Assembly (NCBI RefSeq): GCF_001194135.2
Contig: NC_068983.1
Coordinates: 63,439,114-63,474,032, forward strand
Source: Octopus bimaculoides
Lineage: Eukaryota
Reading direction: 5' to 3'
Length of the DNA: 34,919 nucleotides
In this document: piece after piece, positions 32,575-34,919 of the stretch
Layout: each line of letters begins with the position of its first letter
Numbering within the stretch: the stretch's first letter is position 1
Position numbers and translations under genes: made by a program
Notes under the pieces: model-generated
Seen by the model: the letters and a program-made list of their open reading frames with translations, nothing else
What the model was told of the DNA's origin: nothing
Database searches by the model: none

Positions 32575-32620
32575 GTATGTATACATACACAGAGGCACAC
32601 AAATACGCACACACACATAC
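32118..32620. repeat. Long compound (TG)/(TA)/(CA) microsatellite field
   Basis: Read directly. Confidence 0.92.
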
Positions 32621-32989
32621 ATCATTGTACATGTATATTGTCGTTTAACTTCTTTTCCATGCTTGAAAGTGTCAGACAGAAACTATTCATGCAGATTTTC
32701 TCCGCCCAGATGCCCTTCCTGTTACCAACTCTCTCTCTTTTCTAAGAAAGGTTACGAAAAATCCAGCACAGGTCACAAAAAGAGAGATTGCAATGGAACT
32801 TTTTTTTTACTTCATCTGGTCACGCCCTATTCAGCATTATTACGAAAGAAATGAAAACTATAAAACCTCATATTGTCCCGATTGTATAATGAACAAATTC
32901 CGTTAAAAATACCTAACGAACCACTGACATCTTGATATATCTTACCAGACAACTTTCTCACTGAGTGGGCTATAACATCTTACGTTTGT

Positions 32990-33170
32990 TTTTTGTCTTG
33001 ATCTTGTCTCAGACATTGAACTGCGGCCATACTGGAGCACCACAATAAAGAGTTTCCGTCGAATAAATCGATCCCTATACTTATTTTTGAGAATGGTACT
33101 TACTGTATCGATGACTTTTGTCGAGCCCTAAGCTATGGGAGTCTAAACGAAGGAACACCGGTTCAAGAGA
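32990..33170 (-). mobile_element. SINE family B, tail half only
   Basis: CTGCGGCCATACTGGAGCACC..GTCGAATAAATCGATCCC..GGTACTTAC.. aligns to the reverse complement of 14700-14880. Confidence 0.78.
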
Positions 33171-33509
33171 GAAAATACAGTTGGGAATATAAAGATTAAG
33201 CCAACAGAAAGTATTGAACAACAGTAATTTTCAAATAGGGTTAAAAGTTTCAAAAGACCACATATAAAACCTTATGAAATTTTATTCTAATCACGTTTTC
33301 TAACAACACATAAAATCACAACAAAATACTTTCTATCTCAATCAAGTGCAGCGAAACAAAAACTATATTCACGACTATGTTGAAGCTCATAAACATAAGC
33401 ATTAAAATTCTTGAAATAACACAATAGCACTTAAGTAAGTATACTCTTATATTCTTATATCCCGTAATATGCAAACAAACTACACGGAGACAAAAATTAG
33501 TAGACACGC

Positions 33510-33705
33510 AAACATATATGTATGTATATATTTATGTATGTATACACACACACACATTATATAAATACATACAAAAACATACATATACACACAACATAAA
33601 TACGCATACATACAAATGTATGCAACGAATACATATACATATATATACAGGTGCCTATGGATAGATATATACATGCATATGTCACATATATATGTATATA
33701 TATAT
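33510..33705. repeat. (TA/CA/TACA) microsatellite adjoining gap 33706-34231
   Basis: Read directly. Confidence 0.9.
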
Positions 33706-34312
33706 NNNNNNNNNNNNNNNNNNNNNNNNNNNNNNNNNNNNNNNNNNNNNNNNNNNNNNNNNNNNNNNNNNNNNNNNNNNNNNNNNNNNNNNNNNNNNNN
33801 NNNNNNNNNNNNNNNNNNNNNNNNNNNNNNNNNNNNNNNNNNNNNNNNNNNNNNNNNNNNNNNNNNNNNNNNNNNNNNNNNNNNNNNNNNNNNNNNNNNN
33901 NNNNNNNNNNNNNNNNNNNNNNNNNNNNNNNNNNNNNNNNNNNNNNNNNNNNNNNNNNNNNNNNNNNNNNNNNNNNNNNNNNNNNNNNNNNNNNNNNNNN
34001 NNNNNNNNNNNNNNNNNNNNNNNNNNNNNNNNNNNNNNNNNNNNNNNNNNNNNNNNNNNNNNNNNNNNNNNNNNNNNNNNNNNNNNNNNNNNNNNNNNNN
34101 NNNNNNNNNNNNNNNNNNNNNNNNNNNNNNNNNNNNNNNNNNNNNNNNNNNNNNNNNNNNNNNNNNNNNNNNNNNNNNNNNNNNNNNNNNNNNNNNNNNN
34201 NNNNNNNNNNNNNNNNNNNNNNNNNNNNNNNCTATTTTGAAACTGTATGAATAATACCATACTTAATTCTGGTGCCTAAACTTAAGTACCATATTCACCT
34301 TGAATCTAAATT

Positions 34313-34317
34313 TCACA

Positions 34318-34376
<59 letters not shown>

Positions 34377-34377
34377 G
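34313..34377. repeat. (CA)n microsatellite
   Basis: Read directly. Confidence 0.96.
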
Positions 34378-34470
34378 CATTGATTGGGTTTACCAGCGGA
34401 TGGTTTTTACACCATTTTACATATAGTCATGGTCAGGCTATTCAATTCACCTCAGGTTCGGTTCGGATGC

Positions 34471-34517
34471 GTGATGTTGATAAGTCACAAAAATGATGAA
34501 ACATCGATAACCATCAC
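34471..34517 (+). other. Inactivated hammerhead ribozyme relic
   Basis: GTGATG-TTGATAA-GTCAC(AAAAA)TGAT-GAAA-CATCGATAAC-CATCAC. Stem I is 6/6 paired, but core positions C3, G8 and U16.1 are altered. Confidence 0.45.
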
Positions 34518-34682
34518 TCCTCATTGGAACACGGGGTGAGTGGTCTTGCTTGTCTATCATTGTTTTTAGGTGTTTTAAGACCTGGTGCTGTGAAAGAGCC
34601 ATCTCCAGCGCCTCAATTCGCAGCTGACCGGTGAAGAATCAAAGCACATACATCAAATATGTGAGTTCGGTATTATATACAA

Positions 34683-34684
<2 letters not shown>

Positions 34685-34713
<29 letters not shown>

Positions 34714-34790
34714 TGTATAAATGTATGTATGTATATATATAAATAATAAATGAGTATAATCATATATACGTACATGTATGTACATACTTA
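34685..34790. repeat. (TATG)n microsatellite
   Basis: Read directly. Confidence 0.9.
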
Positions 34791-34919
34791 CATCTACCTG
34801 TATATATAGATGAATATCTGGGTACAGGACGTTGCAAAAAAAACATGGACAAAATGATAAACAGAGTACAGAAAACACACAGGCTACATAGAGAACATTT
34901 CCTTCATCAGCTGCCACCA

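Larger units (their letters stand above)
13651..34231. other. Assembly gaps at 13651-13894, 16566-16819, 22273-23066, 27216-27315, 28451-29135, 30884-31065 and 33706-34231
   Basis: N runs, most of them flanked by microsatellites. Confidence 0.99.

Overview
This is AT-rich eukaryotic non-coding DNA, packed with microsatellites and decayed transposable elements and broken by 7 N-gaps. The SINE types and (TACA)n/(TA)n load look like an octopus/cephalopod genome; that is inferred from pattern recognition, not a search. I found no confidently supported host gene, rRNA, true tRNA gene or CRISPR array. Most long entries in the ORF track are microsatellite or gap artefacts. Recognisable coding remnants are all from TEs: Helitron, RTE (2), a HERO-like RT, an R4/Dong-like C-terminus, Tc1 (DD34E), mariner (DD34D), Penelope (RT + GIY-YIG) and CR1/Jockey-like LINEs. 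Non-coding TEs include at least three tRNA-type SINE families and several MITEs. The most interesting signal is a pair of different type-I hammerhead ribozyme motifs on the minus strand (16877-17099). One has an intact catalytic core; if both cleave, they would release a 133-nt RNA. Also notable: a GG-ended, 8-bp-TSD foldback MITE with telomere-like repeats at its centre, a SINE family whose internal microsatellite ranges from ~50 bp to ~1.15 kb, and an RLE-type LINE end abutting a CATA repeat. All motif calls were made by eye and coordinates of decayed elements are approximate.
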